NCBI RefSeq assembly: GCF_006345805.1
Contig: NC_042998.1
Location: forward strand, 868,001 to 932,000
Reading direction: 5' to 3'
DNA: 64,000 bases
Source of the DNA: Octopus sinensis
Lineage: Eukaryota
Shown in pieces: positions 1-12,317 of this stretch. Made by a program: the position numbers and the translations under genes. The notes beneath the pieces were generated by a model. That model had not been told where the DNA came from. It saw nothing but the letters and a program-made list of their open reading frames with translations, and did not search any database. The first letter of the stretch is position 1; each line of letters opens with the position of its first letter.

Positions 1-348
1 ATTCATTTAGTTGTTCGGTGTTAATATAATATTATATATATATATATACTTGTGAACATGCACAGAACTGTTCAAAACCTAGCTGGATTATTTCTGACAT
101 ATGTTGTTAGCAATGTGATGTCGGAAAAAAATACAGCTTCATTATAATCGCATGTTGAGGACGGTGGATGGCAGATTCAACGGAACAACGGGAAAATCCC
201 CTTGCGTTATATAACTACATAGTATAAGAAAGGATTTAATGGAGTATTTGGGATCTAGTGACTAAGTTACGAATTAAGATTGTACAATAAACATGCACAA
301 CTCGAATCTGCTGCCCTCTTTCTCTCTCTAACAATATATACATACATG

Positions 349-384
<36 letters not shown>

Positions 385-509
385 ATACGCACACAGATAT
401 CGAATCTTAAAATTTTATTCCATAAACAATTATTATTCAAAATGACGTACATACATACACACACTGCGTTTAGGGAACTATGCATGTATGTATGTCATTG
501 TTTAGTTAC

Positions 510-598
510 ATTTCAAGGTTTCTTGCCAATAGAGAAAGAGCCGGTTTCAAACCTAGATCCAAAGATCCTTAATTAGAATTTCAGCAAAATCAACAGCG
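510..598. repeat. Dispersed ~90-bp repeat; inverted second copy at ~4118-4208
   Basis: ATTTCAAGGTTTCTTGCCAATAGAGAAAGAGCCGGTTTCAAACCTAGATCCAAAGATCCTT matches the reverse complement of 4118-4208. Confidence 0.6.
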
Positions 599-635
599 TG
601 TGCATGTATGTACACATCAACAGGCAGTTATATAT

Positions 636-845
636 TGGTTTCAAATTTTGGCACAAGGCCAACAATGTCAGAGAAGGGGTAAGTCAACTACGACTCCAGT
701 CCTGAGCAGGTACTCATTTCGTCGACCCCGAAAGGATTAAAGGCAAAATCGACCTCGGCAGAATTTGAACTCAGAACATGAAGACGGGTGAAATTCTGTT
801 AAACATTTTCCCCGGTGTGCTACGATTCTGCCAGCTCACCACCTT
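636..845 (-). mobile_element. tRNA-derived SINE, OK-like group (degenerate)
   Basis: Reverse complement has a tRNA-like head with B box GTTCAAATTC and the core GCCTTT.ATCCTTTCGGGGTCGA shared by >15 copies in the window. Confidence 0.8.
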
Positions 846-1671
846 AAAAGGACAGTTATATATAATAATAAATAATTATTCCATTGTCTATAAGCAAGGA
901 AATAAACGAATCTCGGCCATTTTTGAAGGTAGGTATTCAGTTGTTCAATTTTCACCTCCTGCACCATGATGCAGATATTATTGATCTTTATGTATCCCAG
1001 TTGAAGTGAAATATCCCTCAATATATCTAACTGCTGCAATATTGGCCCCCTATAGGATCATGCGAATTGAAACTGTTAAGACAGCTAATTTAGAATGGTC
1101 ATGAAGTAGATGCGGCCGAACTGAAATAATCCAAGCTCTGAAAATGTAACAGAAACCTTCCGCACACAGGATTGTCCTCAAGTGGTGACCATTCAATGCT
1201 TCAGAACAATGATCAAAATTAAGAATCAAAATTAAGACCCTAAGAAGTATCGTATGAAGTAGAACTTGTTCTCGATTGATTCACCGGAAATTGCACAGAC
1301 TTCTCTGAAACACAGATAATGCTGAGAAATACCTGAGATTCGCATGACCAAGCGGCATGTAAATGAAATTGGGTGTCGAAGTAAGGAAATTAGTTTGACA
1401 ATCGTTTCTCTTCTTATAGACCATAATAATCGCAAACAATTTAGTAGATACAAAACCACCAGTATCACAAGGTAAAAGGGACGTTTGTATTTGCTGTTTC
1501 GAGCAGGGTCCATAAATAAAGTACCAGCATTATACGGGAGTTGATTCTTCTCCTTATCTCAAAGTCGTCCTCTCTTATTCTTTCACGAAGTAATAGGCTG
1601 AGTCAAGACTTTAAGAGGGCCAAAAGAAGGATGCCTCCTCCCCCCTCTCTTTGTCTCTCTTTCTCCAATAT

Positions 1672-1751
1672 CTATCTATCTATCTATCTATCTATCTGTC
1701 TGTCTGTGTGTGTGTATATATATATATATGTATATATACAAATACATATAC

Positions 1752-1817
<66 letters not shown>

Positions 1818-2024
1818 GGACGCACGCACATGCACAAGGACACATATACACATGTTTCCTGTATACACATATCTGACTTATGGAAGTAATGCAATTCTAT
1901 ATATAATTTGCTTTTATTCTATACATAAACATGCACACAAACACAGACACACTCGGACAGACACGTGCGCACGCACACACACAACTACATATACGCATAT
2001 ATATGTGCCTGTGTGTGTACTTGT

Positions 2025-2076
<52 letters not shown>

Positions 2077-2295
2077 ATATATATGTGTGTGTGTGTATGT
2101 ATGTATGTGTGTGAGTGTGTGTGTGCGTGCGTGTGTGTATGTCTGGATTCCAACGCTGTCGGCTTTTGCTGGTTGTGGAGGAATGTCTGTCTGCTTCAAC
2201 ATGTGAACAAGTGTCTGTCTGTATGTCTACGAATGTGTTTTCAGTGCTGGTGCCTATATACCTATATATATGCGCACACACGCACACACATATGC

Positions 2296-2358
<63 letters not shown>

Positions 2359-2428
2359 GATATGCATGTATGTATATAAATATATATATATATATATATA
2401 CAAATATATATAAATACAACTATATATA

Positions 2429-2472
<44 letters not shown>

Positions 2473-2482
2473 ATATATATAT
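1672..2482. repeat. Compound microsatellite (TCTA)n/(TG)n/(TA)n/(CA)n
   Basis: Direct inspection; source of the YI/CV/HT-repeat pseudo-ORFs. Confidence 0.95.
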
Positions 2483-3574
2483 ATTTAAAGTATGTGTATT
2501 GAATTTCTGTTCCGGAAACTGAAGATGTCTTATACATTCTGGTTGTTGTTGCTGTTGTTATTGTTGCTCAAAAACAGTTTTATAGATTAGGTATATGTTA
2601 AATATTACTGCACGATAGAACTGCGAGACGTTGTTTTGGCGTGTTTTGAGAGTAATATAATCTAATGTGTAGAGAATGATAGAACGATCGCAGACTAGAG
2701 TGTCGTAAAGGAAGGAGATATACAGTAGCGTTGTATTGGTAAGTTACTCGAATATTTTAAGCGATCCAAATATTTGTTTATATATTTCCGAAACCTCTAA
2801 CGTACAACGTATTTCACTATCTTTGTAATTTTTATATTAGCCATGTAATTAGCTTATAAGTTAAATTGATAAAGTATCGTGTGAATGAATAAGAGTTGGG
2901 CTATCAGTTAATAAGGTTTCGATTCCTCCTCCTGGCACCATGTGGAACTAGGAACATCGCCAGCCTGTTGTTACTGCTGGTGCTTTTATTGTTTATTATT
3001 GTTGTTGCTTCTGTTGTGTATTTTTTCTAGTTGTTTCCCTTCTTTCTTGGTATAAAAACCAGTTCCAAAATTCCATCTGCATAATTGCCTGTTGGCTTTT
3101 AGCTGCGCAGCGACGAGGCGGTTCTTGGAACGTTGTGGAGCGAGCGTTGTAGGTTCTTTCAATCGAAATAGCAGAGCCACAACTGACACATCTCTTCATT
3201 TTTTTCCCAATGATACTATCATATTACACATTTCGGAAAACATCTAATAGACGGCAATGGTGGGTGTAGGAAAAAAAACCCAAAGCAAAACAAAGGTTAG
3301 CTCTTGCATAGCTCTATGGTAAACATCCAATGAATAGAAGCTCTGTGGTAGTTGTTAAGTAACGTTATATTTTTCAATACCCAGCTTGGCACACACACAC
3401 ACACACACACGCACACACATACACATACTCACTCATGCGGGCGTATCTATACATTTATACATACATACACACCCATGTATACACATACATATGCATATGT
3501 ATTTCCTTGGGTTTAAACGCTTGGACGGAATTCCAGGTGCACCATCGTGACATTCTGGGCATTATTAAGCACGG

Positions 3575-3780
3575 CAAAAGGAGGCGAACTGGCAGAGTCT
3601 GACTGACTACTTCTCGGCCTTTTTTCTGGCTTTACGTTTTGAGTCTAAATTCCACCCAGGTTGAGTTTGCCTTACATCATTTCGTAGCCGATAAAATAAG
3701 TAACAGTCTAGCAATGACTTAGATGTAATTGACCGGCTCTTTGTCCTAACGTTTCAGTCTTGTGTCTATATAAGAGAGAA
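3575..3780 (+). mobile_element. OK-like SINE, old copy
   Basis: GGAGGCGAACTGGCAGA head, TTGAGTCTAAATTCC B box, degenerate core. Confidence 0.65.
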
Positions 3781-4006
3781 TTATTTACACTGGAGGAGGC
3801 CATCCCACAGTCAATTTTCTCCAGAGAATGAAAAACAAAATATATATATATATATATAGAGAGGAATCGACCCTGTACATGACTGCTACATTAATTAACG
3901 ACTCCGAAAGGAGGAAAAGAAAAGTTAACCTCGAAGGGATTTGAGCGTAAAGAGCATAAAGAGAAAATTAATTCAAAGCAATCTAATCCACACACAATTT
4001 ATACAT

Positions 4007-4052
4007 ACATAATACATACATACATACATACATACATACATACATACATACA

Positions 4053-4085
<33 letters not shown>
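4007..4085. repeat. (TACA)n microsatellite
   Basis: Direct inspection. Confidence 0.95.
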
Positions 4086-4269
4086 GAATACGTACATACA
4101 TATATAAAAAACAAAAATACCCTGTTGTTGATTTTAAAATTCCAATGAAGGAGCCTTGGATCTAGGTTAGAAAGCAGCTCTGTCTCTATTAACAAGAAAT
4201 ATTGAAATAAATATGTGATGCGTAGTGATCAACTTATGTCAGATGTGACAAGAGAGAATCATTCAATCT

Positions 4270-4910
4270 ATGCAAAGCGCCTTCTAAACAAGTTAAAACA
4301 CTAAGAGGCTGAAAAGCTTTTGTTTTCCAACGACGTGGAAAAAATTTGATCAGAGCAAAAGAGAAAGCCGAAAGAACGACAAATGGTTATGCAGAGACCC
4401 TATTGGGGCTCAACAGTCATGCATACAAAATCCCCAGCAGCTCTGATAGTTCTGGGAGTCATCAGCAACGAGGGGAATGTCATTCCTCCTTATGTTTTTT
4501 CACAGGATGTAAGAGTTAATGCCACTGTCTACACAAATGTGTTTGAGAAATTTGTGAGGCTCTGGTTAGACAGAAAATGCAACGGAAGATCGAAAATCTT
4601 CCAACAAGACTCTGCACCGTCTGATAAGGCTCGGACAGTCCAAGCATGGATGCATATTAACCTCCATGATTATGTTCTCTCAGGTACCTAGCTCACCAGT
4701 CCTCAATCCACTGAACATTTACGTATGGGGCGTAGTAGAGAGGCCAATCAACACTCTCCATAACACTATACGATCTTTCAAGTCTGCCATAATTAACTCT
4801 AGGTCACAAATGGATATAGATCATCTGATTCGATCGTATCAACTCTTCCAATTCTGTATAGAAGCAGTCACTGATGTTAATGGTGGATTCAGTGAATAGG
4901 CGGGATAAAA
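4270..4910 (+). mobile_element. Tc1/mariner transposase relic, probably DD37D (maT)-like
   Basis: Frameshifted catalytic domain: VLGVISNEG, FQQDSAPSDKARTVQAW, SPVLNPLNIYVWGVVE, ending IEAVTDVNGGFSE*; reconstructed D-to-D spacing about 36-37. Confidence 0.8.
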
Positions 4911-5170
4911 GCATTCTCAAGATTATTTGTACCAATTTTGTTTGCAAATACTACTTTTGTTTGGTGAACTATGCGTCCTTTTCGAAAATATTACAAGTGA
5001 CCTCAAAAAACTGACGCACCCTCTGTGTGTGTGTGAGAGTATAGACACTCACACACACATATAATATATATATATATATATCTGTATGTACACTCACGTA
5101 TATATGCATACATGCATACATGCATACATAATACATAAATACACATCCTCTCTCTGTTTCTTTCTGTTTT

Positions 5171-5201
<31 letters not shown>

Positions 5202-5379
5202 TTCTCTCTCCTCTCGTCATTCTCTTACCCCGTAGAATAATTGCTGAGTAATCAGATCTGAGACACTTCGTACTTTACAACAGCGCTCGTAAGACTACAT
5301 CAGAAACTGAGGGCCTAAACTATGGTTATGGCAATCCATCCATCCACCCATCCATCCAGCTTGCTAGCTATGTCCAACC

Positions 5380-5434
<55 letters not shown>

Positions 5435-5532
5435 ATATGCATTATATGCATAAATGCAAGCTAGTTTTCCTGCCAGGATTGATTCCGTCCCATATTATTA
5501 TATACAATATGCAATGATATGCATTGTTTGTT

Positions 5533-5753
5533 ATACAAGAGGCTGTTGAAAGGTTCCTGATTTTAAGGGTGTCGCGAAAGGCTTGATTGGTGACCCAACT
5601 TTCCGAGTCCTTTTCCAGGGCTTAGAAAAACTGAAGGAGCGCTGCAATAAGTGTGTGAATCTGAGACGGGATTATATTGAATAAAATCATAACTGATTCT
5701 CCTGCATTGTTTCTTTCAGCCAAAGCAAGGCATTTTCAGCCCCACCCCTTGTA
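5533..5753 (+). mobile_element. Mariner-derived MITE (~220 bp)
   Basis: Imperfect TIRs TACAAGAGGCTGTTGAAAGG / TTTTCAGCCCACCCCTTGTA; interior encodes the transposase C-terminus LEKLKERCNKCVNLRRDYIE*. Confidence 0.8.
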
Positions 5754-5819
5754 CAATAGATGCATTAAATTTATTATATTGCATTAGTATCATGTTCGCT
5801 AAATGACACCAGGTGCACA

Positions 5820-6170
5820 CGGGGCTGTGTGGTAAGAAGCGTGCTTCCCGACCACATTGTTCCAGGTTCAGTCCCACTGTGTGGCTTCTTGTGCAAGTGT
5901 CTTCTGCTGTAACCAATAACCTTGTGAGTGGATTTGGTAGAGAGAAACTGAATGAAGACCGTCCTGTATATGTGTGTATGTGTGTGTCTGTTTGACCCCC
6001 ATCACAGTTTGACAACCGGTGTTGCTTTGTGTTTACGCCCCCGGAATCAAGGGTTTTGGTAAAAAGAAACTTATAGAATAAGAATAAGAATTCCTGCAAT
6101 AGATTCATTCGACTAAAAATTCTTCATGGAAGTGCTGCAGCATGGCCGTAGTCTAATGACTGAAACAAAA
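5820..6170 (+). mobile_element. CORE-type tRNA SINE, OR-like group
   Basis: Head GGCTGTGTGGTAAGAAGC...GGTTCAGTCCCAC, CORE-like ..GCAAGTGTCTT, internal (TG)n, tail CAGCATGGCCGTAGTC.AATGACTGAAACAA. Confidence 0.85.
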
Positions 6171-6185
6171 GATGAAGATCAATAG

Positions 6186-6418
6186 CTATTTCTTTACTAC
6201 CCACAAGGGGCTAAACTCAGAGGGGACAAACACGGACAGACAAACGGATTAAGCCGATTACATCGACCCCAGTGCGTAACGGGTACTTAATTTATCGACC
6301 CCGAAAGGATGAAAGGCGAAGTCGACCACGGCGGAATTTGAACTCAGAACGTAGCGGCAGACGAAATACGGCTATGCATTTCGCCCAGCATACTAACGTT
6401 TCTGCCTGCTAGCCGCCT
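6186..6418 (-). mobile_element. OK-like SINE, young ~230-bp family, full length
   Basis: High identity to the copies at 54690 and 55915; tail ...GCCCCTTGTGGGTAGTAAAGAAATA. Confidence 0.9.
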
Positions 6419-6749
6419 TATAAAGATCAATACCATTAGACGTTATATGCAAGTACTCGTAAAAGCAGGAGTACCGTTAAAACTCACCAAACATTACCGC
6501 GGCAAATCCGCGGTCTGTTGCATTAAACTAGGAGAAACTGTTCTGCACTGTATATTTTTTCTGTAATTTTTAGAATTTGTATATATTTATTTTATCATAA
6601 ATGCAAAACAACACCACGGAGGAATCGACGTCAGCTTAAATAATAAACCGTGAACCGCGAAAGGGCGAGGGATTACTCTATTTTACCTTGCTCCAGTTCA
6701 CTCAGCTAAGGCTTACCCTGCGACGGAATAATCTTCCAATCAGGGCTAA

Positions 6750-6860
6750 TGTAGGCCTGCTCGCCTAGCCAGCATCATGGCGTCATACGAATGTTAAAAC
6801 TATGCGAAGCGTATTGTGACAAGCGATGTATAACAACATCCGATACTCTTGTCGATATCG
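6750..6860. repeat. Degenerate copy of repeat X (see 21007 and 39281)
   Basis: GGCCTGCTCGCCTAGCCAGC...GGCGTCATACGAA...TGTGACAAGCGATG. Confidence 0.7.
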
Positions 6861-7604
6861 TAACATATGTGTGTGTCTGTGTGTGTGATACACATATATG
6901 CATATATATGTATATATGTGCGTATATGTTTATCTCTCTTTCTATATGCATGTATGTATGTATGTATGTATGTATGTATGTATGTATACGCATGTATATG
7001 AATGTGTTTGTTTGTGTGTTTGTGTCTGTGTCGTTGTAACATGTGAGTAAGCAGAGTAGAAGAAATATTAAATATTCATGGAATATTTTGATTGAAATCT
7101 GTATGAATTGCAAATGTGGATTTCATTGGACGCTGCGACGTTTCTGATTTGGTCAGAATTCTCTGTCTCTCTCTCTCCCTCACCACTCTGCTCCTCTCTC
7201 CCTCTCTCTCTATCCCCACTCTGCTCCTTTCTCTCTTTCTCTCTTTCTCTCTCTATCTCTCTCTCACTATCCCTCTTTCCCTCTCTATTTGCCAGCTGGC
7301 AGGATGTGAAGCTAGATTGCATTCGATATTTTTTTTTACGATTGGCAAGTTTTATGACTTTAAGAAATTTTGGTAAATTAGACTAAAAAAAGAACCTACG
7401 TAAGCCATGCAATCACTCACTAATTATCCATTTCTAATTACTATTTATCGGATTGATTGAACATAAACGAAATTATGTAATTAATTCATTAAATTCTATT
7501 CGACATTTTTAAGGCATTTGATATGAGTTGCTATACGCAGTCACATAGTTATAAACACTAAATTCAAACTCTATCGATATAGTGTTGTTGCTGTTGTTGT
7601 TGGT

Positions 7605-7639
<35 letters not shown>

Positions 7640-7644
7640 TATCA

Positions 7645-8091
7645 TTACGGCGGCGAGTTGGTAGTTTCGTTAGCGCACTGGACGAAATGCTTAGCGTCAT
7701 TTCGCCAGTTGCTGCGTTCTGAGTTCAAATTCCGCCAAGGTCAAGTTTCTCTTTCATCCTTTCGGGGTCGATAAATTAGGTACCAGTGAAACAATGGGGT
7801 CGCTGTAATCGACTACCCCCCTCTCCCAAAATTCCAGACCGTATGTCTATAGTTGAAAGGATAATTATTATTATTTTAAGGCGGCTAGTTGGCAGAATCG
7901 TTAGCAAGCGGCACGAAATGCTTAGCGGCATTTTATCCGCCGCTACGTTCTGAGTTCAAATTCCACCGACGTCGACCTTACCTTTCATCCTTTCCTAGGT
8001 CGATAAATTGAGTAACATTGAAACACTGGGATCGATGTAATCGACTCATCCCCTTCCCCTAAATGGCTGCTCTTGTGGCCAAATTTGAAGC

Positions 8092-8095
<4 letters not shown>
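7645..8095 (+). mobile_element. Two adjacent OK-like SINEs with different tails (7645-7865, 7878-8095), flanked by (TTA)n
   Basis: Two GGCGG..AGTTGG heads, GTTCAAATTCC B boxes and shared core. Confidence 0.85.
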
Positions 8096-8134
<39 letters not shown>

Positions 8135-8529
8135 GTTGTTGTTGTTGTTGTTATTAAGTTCATTAGTATAAAAGTAATTGTTTAAATTACTGTTGCTTTG
8201 AACTTGCCAAACTTAAATAAATTCATCTTACTAAAGTAACTTCAAAGCTGTCATAGAAAACCTCCGGTCCACAGGATTTTCTGAATCGCATGACTAACGA
8301 AACATTTCTTTAGTTTAAAAAATCTTTCTATTTTTTTTCCTTTCAGTAGTGCAGCCTGCCTTATGACAGCCGTGTCCCATACGGCCCGCTTTTCGATAAA
8401 TGTTACCCATTGACGCTATTATTACCGTATTTCTGCTGAAATGCAGTCGTTGTTTCCATAAATTTTGAAAATAATAAAAAATTTAGTAAAGTAACTGTGT
8501 CATTATTAAGCAGGTATTTGGAACAAATT

Positions 8530-8702
8530 TTGGCAAAAGGCTACCAATTTCAGGAGAGTGGGTAAGTCATTCTTTATTGAGCCCATTGCTCAACTAGTAC
8601 TTATTTTATCGACTGCGAAGGGACGAAAGGCAAAGTCGACACCGATGGCATCTGAACTCAGAACGTAAAGACATGCTAACGATTCTGTTAGTTCGCTGCC
8701 TT
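8530..8702 (-). mobile_element. OK-like SINE, degenerate
   Basis: GAAAGGCAAAGTCGAC...GAACTCAGAACGTAAAG. Confidence 0.75.
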
Positions 8703-9876
8703 ATTTCGAACATAAATCAACATGGCGGAAGGTTTTAATTTAGAGCACTTTAAAGCAGGAATTGTGTATGATGAAAACAAAGGCGGTCTTGGGCAAGTCG
8801 ATATCGGAAGTGAGTTGATTTATATGTCATGCAAAGCAGCTTAAAAATGTTTATTTCTGGGGAGATATCTTAATGCCATTCTATAAGTGGATTCCTCATA
8901 ATGGTACCAAGTTGCTTTAGCACAGAACTACCAACAACTACCAACGTGCTCCAACTAAACCTGCATTAAATCATACCTGACCGTTTTAGAAAAAAAATGA
9001 ATGCATTAGATAACGTAGTTCCAGATGTCACCGTATCTAGGTGAAAAAAAGAGGATGGTCACGGTTGGGATGTTTCTGACTGTTAGTCTGAACTGCTCGA
9101 CTAAAGATGATCTGAATTTAAATGACAGTCGCGGCAAGAACAGCAGTTAGACAGATTTCTCGCGAGGCAGTTAAGATGGATGCCAAGATGCGTCGCACCA
9201 AGTAACACGAGCAAGCTTTTAGCTCAGACTACATATTTTTGAAGTGTCTGTCTCGCTCGTGCGCTCCTAACCGCTACTCTCATTATCAACGATTCCAAAA
9301 GAAATAGTATCAGCAGTGAAGTTTTCTCTTTCATTGTTCCGGACCGGGAAAAATATTCTTCAGATTACGATACTGTTATTGAAAAATATAAAGGAAAGAG
9401 CAAAAAAAAACTCTCACAAAACAAACTTATTTATAGAAATATTTCGTATATGTCTCTCTACGTCTAAGAACAATCTTTGGATATAAAGAATCTGAAATCA
9501 AAAGAACAAAAGAATGCCGTTTTCTAGCCATCACATTTCACGTGATCTTTCAAAATTCTCAAAGAACTTGGCTCCTGTGAAGATACTTTCCATAGTTTCC
9601 CCAACGTTCATTTATGGTTTTACAGCATCTAAATCTATTCTCCATGTATCTTCGTAATAAATTTGTTTGCATCTTCTTCATATATATAGTTCATTCGTCT
9701 TGAACTTTACATTTCACTACTTTATATTATTCCTCAATTTTTTCTTTTATTTGTGTTTTTCATTGTAACGTAATAACTTTGATTCTATTTATTCTTACCT
9801 TACAGTCGTCACACTTCTCTCCTTTTTACACTTTACTGCTTTATATCGTCTATATTCTTTCATTCCTTTATTATAT

Positions 9877-10190
9877 ACGAGTGGGAGTGAAAAGTTCCTG
9901 GCTTTAAGGGTGTCGCAAAAGGACTTGTTGGAGGCCTAACTTTCCGGGTTCTTTTACAGGGATTAGAGAAACTGAACACTAGTTTTTCTGCCAAAATTGA
10001 TTCGGTCTCATATTATTATATACAATATGCATTGTTTGTAATACAAGGAGCTGCTGAAAGATTCCTGGTTTTAAGGATGTCACGAAAGGCCTGGTTGCTG
10101 GCCAATCCTTCCGAGTCTTTTTCCAGGATTTAGAAAAAATGAAGGAGCACTGCAATAAGTGTGTGAATCTGAAAGGAACCTTTCAGTACA
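9877..10190 (+). mobile_element. Two partial mariner MITE copies (9877-9975, 10041-10190)
   Basis: TACGAGTGGGAGTGAAAAGTTCCTGGCTTTAAGGGTGTCGC start; similar to 5533 and 36614. Confidence 0.8.
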
Positions 10191-10322
10191 CCGTGGTATT
10201 ATATAGAGTATTATCTTCTGGAAAGCATATTCACAGTTTCGGATACACAGTCACTCACTCACACACATATACACACACGCACGCACACAAACACACATAC
10301 ACACACATACACTTTCTCTCTC

Positions 10323-11689
10323 TCTATGGTTGCTGTTTGACAACGGGGAAAAGGCTCTCCGGTTTGCGAATCAGCCTTTAGAAGGCAAGGAAATTCTGTT
10401 CCTTCCGTCATATTGTGGAAGAAAATTAATACGAGCCTGGGTATGTGGGTTATCCCCAGGCACCGAAGCGGATTGGATTGAAGATACCATGCGACGGGGA
10501 CTGGGGGATGGCGGGCCCAGGCTCTTAAATGTAAGGGTATTGCCGGCGGTCGATTGGGAAGGGTCAAAAGCGATTTTGACCCTGTGGACCCCATCGGCCG
10601 CAACAGATCTGGTTTTTCCAGATCTCTTGAAAATGGCTGGCTGCAGGTATCCGGTGATACTTGAGGGACGTCCCCCCAAGTGTCACTCGTGCCTGCAGCC
10701 AGGCCACATTAAAAGAAACTGCCCTCAGGACCATGGTAAGGTCATGGAACAGTCACTAGATGCCACTTCCCCTACCCGGTCAAAGGGAGAGGTGGATGTG
10801 GTCGAGGAGGCTTCAGCCTCCTCAACTAAAAAAGGATTAAAAAGGCAGAAGGCGGGCAACAATAGTTGCCCGCTGAAGGAACCTAAGGCTTCGGGAGGCG
10901 GGGGAGCGTCTCCGTACAAAGCGGAAGAGCTCCACTCTCCCGAAGTCAGAAAGAAAAGAAAAAAAGAAGGAAGAAGAACGGGTCATCTCAGCGGGGAGAT
11001 GATGTGCCGTCTGCATGTCCCGAAGTTATGCCACCCACGGTGGAAGAAACCACCCCACCCTTAAAGATGATCAATTAATTATCTTTTTCTACAAGGGCGG
11101 GGAGGTGGAAAAATAGTAGAAGAACATAAAGAGACAGCAGATATGCCCTTCACACGGGATCCCGAATGGCCTCCGCAGATAGCAGAGGAGGTCATAAGGT
11201 TTCCCTTGTGGGAAAGGCTTAAAGGATTTGGGAAGGAGTGTCGCAAATGGCCGGGTGGCCCTTACATGCCCTTACATGTCCTACATGAATGAGGCATGGG
11301 AAATGGCGGAATACAGGAACTCAAGCGGCATTGAAGATAATGATGAATATATCGATGGATGTATCGAAGAGTAGGAGGTGAAAGACCCTCGTTATAGGGT
11401 TTGAAACCTCAGCTTATTGTATTATTTGTAGTGGTTTATAACCTCAATTGTGTGTTTAAAAAAAAAACATGTTAAGTAAGAGGTTTTAGTGCTTCCTTCT
11501 TGTAAGAGGTTTGAAACATTGATTTTTTAAAAAAAGAAAATATGTTTTCGAGAAAAATCCAATCGGCGGGTGTTGGGTTTCGTCTCTCATTTATTCATTC
11601 TATTTCATTATCATTCATTAATGTGTTTGTCCGGCCCGCAAAGCTACACACTCTTTGTACTGTCTATGATGACAAATTTTATGAAATAA
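10323..11689 (+). mobile_element. ORF1-only L1/Tx1-like element, copy 1 (5'-truncated, type A)
   Basis: ORF 10330-11064 with KEILFLPSYCGRK and zinc knuckle CHSCLQPGHIKRNC; frameshifted C-terminus PFTRDPEWPPQIAEEV; TCATT-rich tail ending ATGAAATAA; no endonuclease or RT sequence follows. Confidence 0.8.
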
Positions 11690-11827
11690 AGTAGCTTGCT
11701 TACCAACCACATGGTTCCGGGTCCAGTCCCACTGGCGGCACCTTGGGCAAGTGTCTTCTACTATAGCCCCAGGCCGACCAAAGCTTTGTGAGTGGATTTG
11801 GTAGAGGGAAACTGAAAGAAGCCTGTC

Positions 11828-11889
<62 letters not shown>

Positions 11890-12090
11890 ATATATATATC
11901 TGTATATGTTTGTGTGTCTGTGTTTTCCCACCAGCATCGCTTGACAACAGATGCTGGTGTATTTACGCCCCCGTCACTTAGCGGTTCGGCAAGAGAATAA
12001 GTACTAAGCTTACAAAGAATACGTGCTGGGGTCGATTTGTTCGACTATAGGCGTGGCCGCAGTCAAACGACTGAAACAAATAAGAGAATA
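11689..12090 (+). mobile_element. OR-like CORE SINE missing its first ~20 nt
   Basis: Begins AAGTAGCTTGCTTACCAACCAC; CORE CACCTTGGGCAAGTGTCTT; (TA)n; tail. Confidence 0.9.
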
Positions 12091-12317
12091 TGTCCACAAT
12101 GGTAGAAATACAACAGGAAACATACGAGTACATGTATATGTCCGTAGAAAATTACTATATCTGTATATGGATAAAACTATTGGAGAGGAATCAATACCTT
12201 CGTATCTTTGCTTTCGGAAAGAATTCAGCTGAATCAGTTGCTATAAATTGGTGTGAAGATTTCACAGGAAGGCAATCAATTAATCAATCAATCAATCAAT
12301 TAATACATATATATATG

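Noticed and set aside
137-203. Short frame LHYNRMLRTVDGRFNGTTGKSPCVI* after a CAG
   Set aside because: There is no pyrimidine tract, no recognisable homology and no neighbouring exons.
1651-2537. Long ORFs of YI/CV/HT/LS repeats here and at 21.4, 34.1, 39.5, 46-47 and 59.4-60 kb
   Set aside because: They are translations of dinucleotide and tetranucleotide microsatellites that lack stop codons.
6350-6418. tRNA genes (A/B-box sequences throughout the window)
   Set aside because: All are SINE heads continuing into SINE bodies; none forms a full cloverleaf with an acceptor stem.
9120-9300. Locally CpG-richer unique segment as a promoter or first exon
   Set aside because: There are no supporting core-promoter or splice signals, so composition alone is insufficient.
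12090-12317. N-terminal 76 codons of the 470-aa ORF
   Set aside because: They derive from SINE tail, unique flank and (CAAT)n sequence; RTE similarity starts at about 12318.
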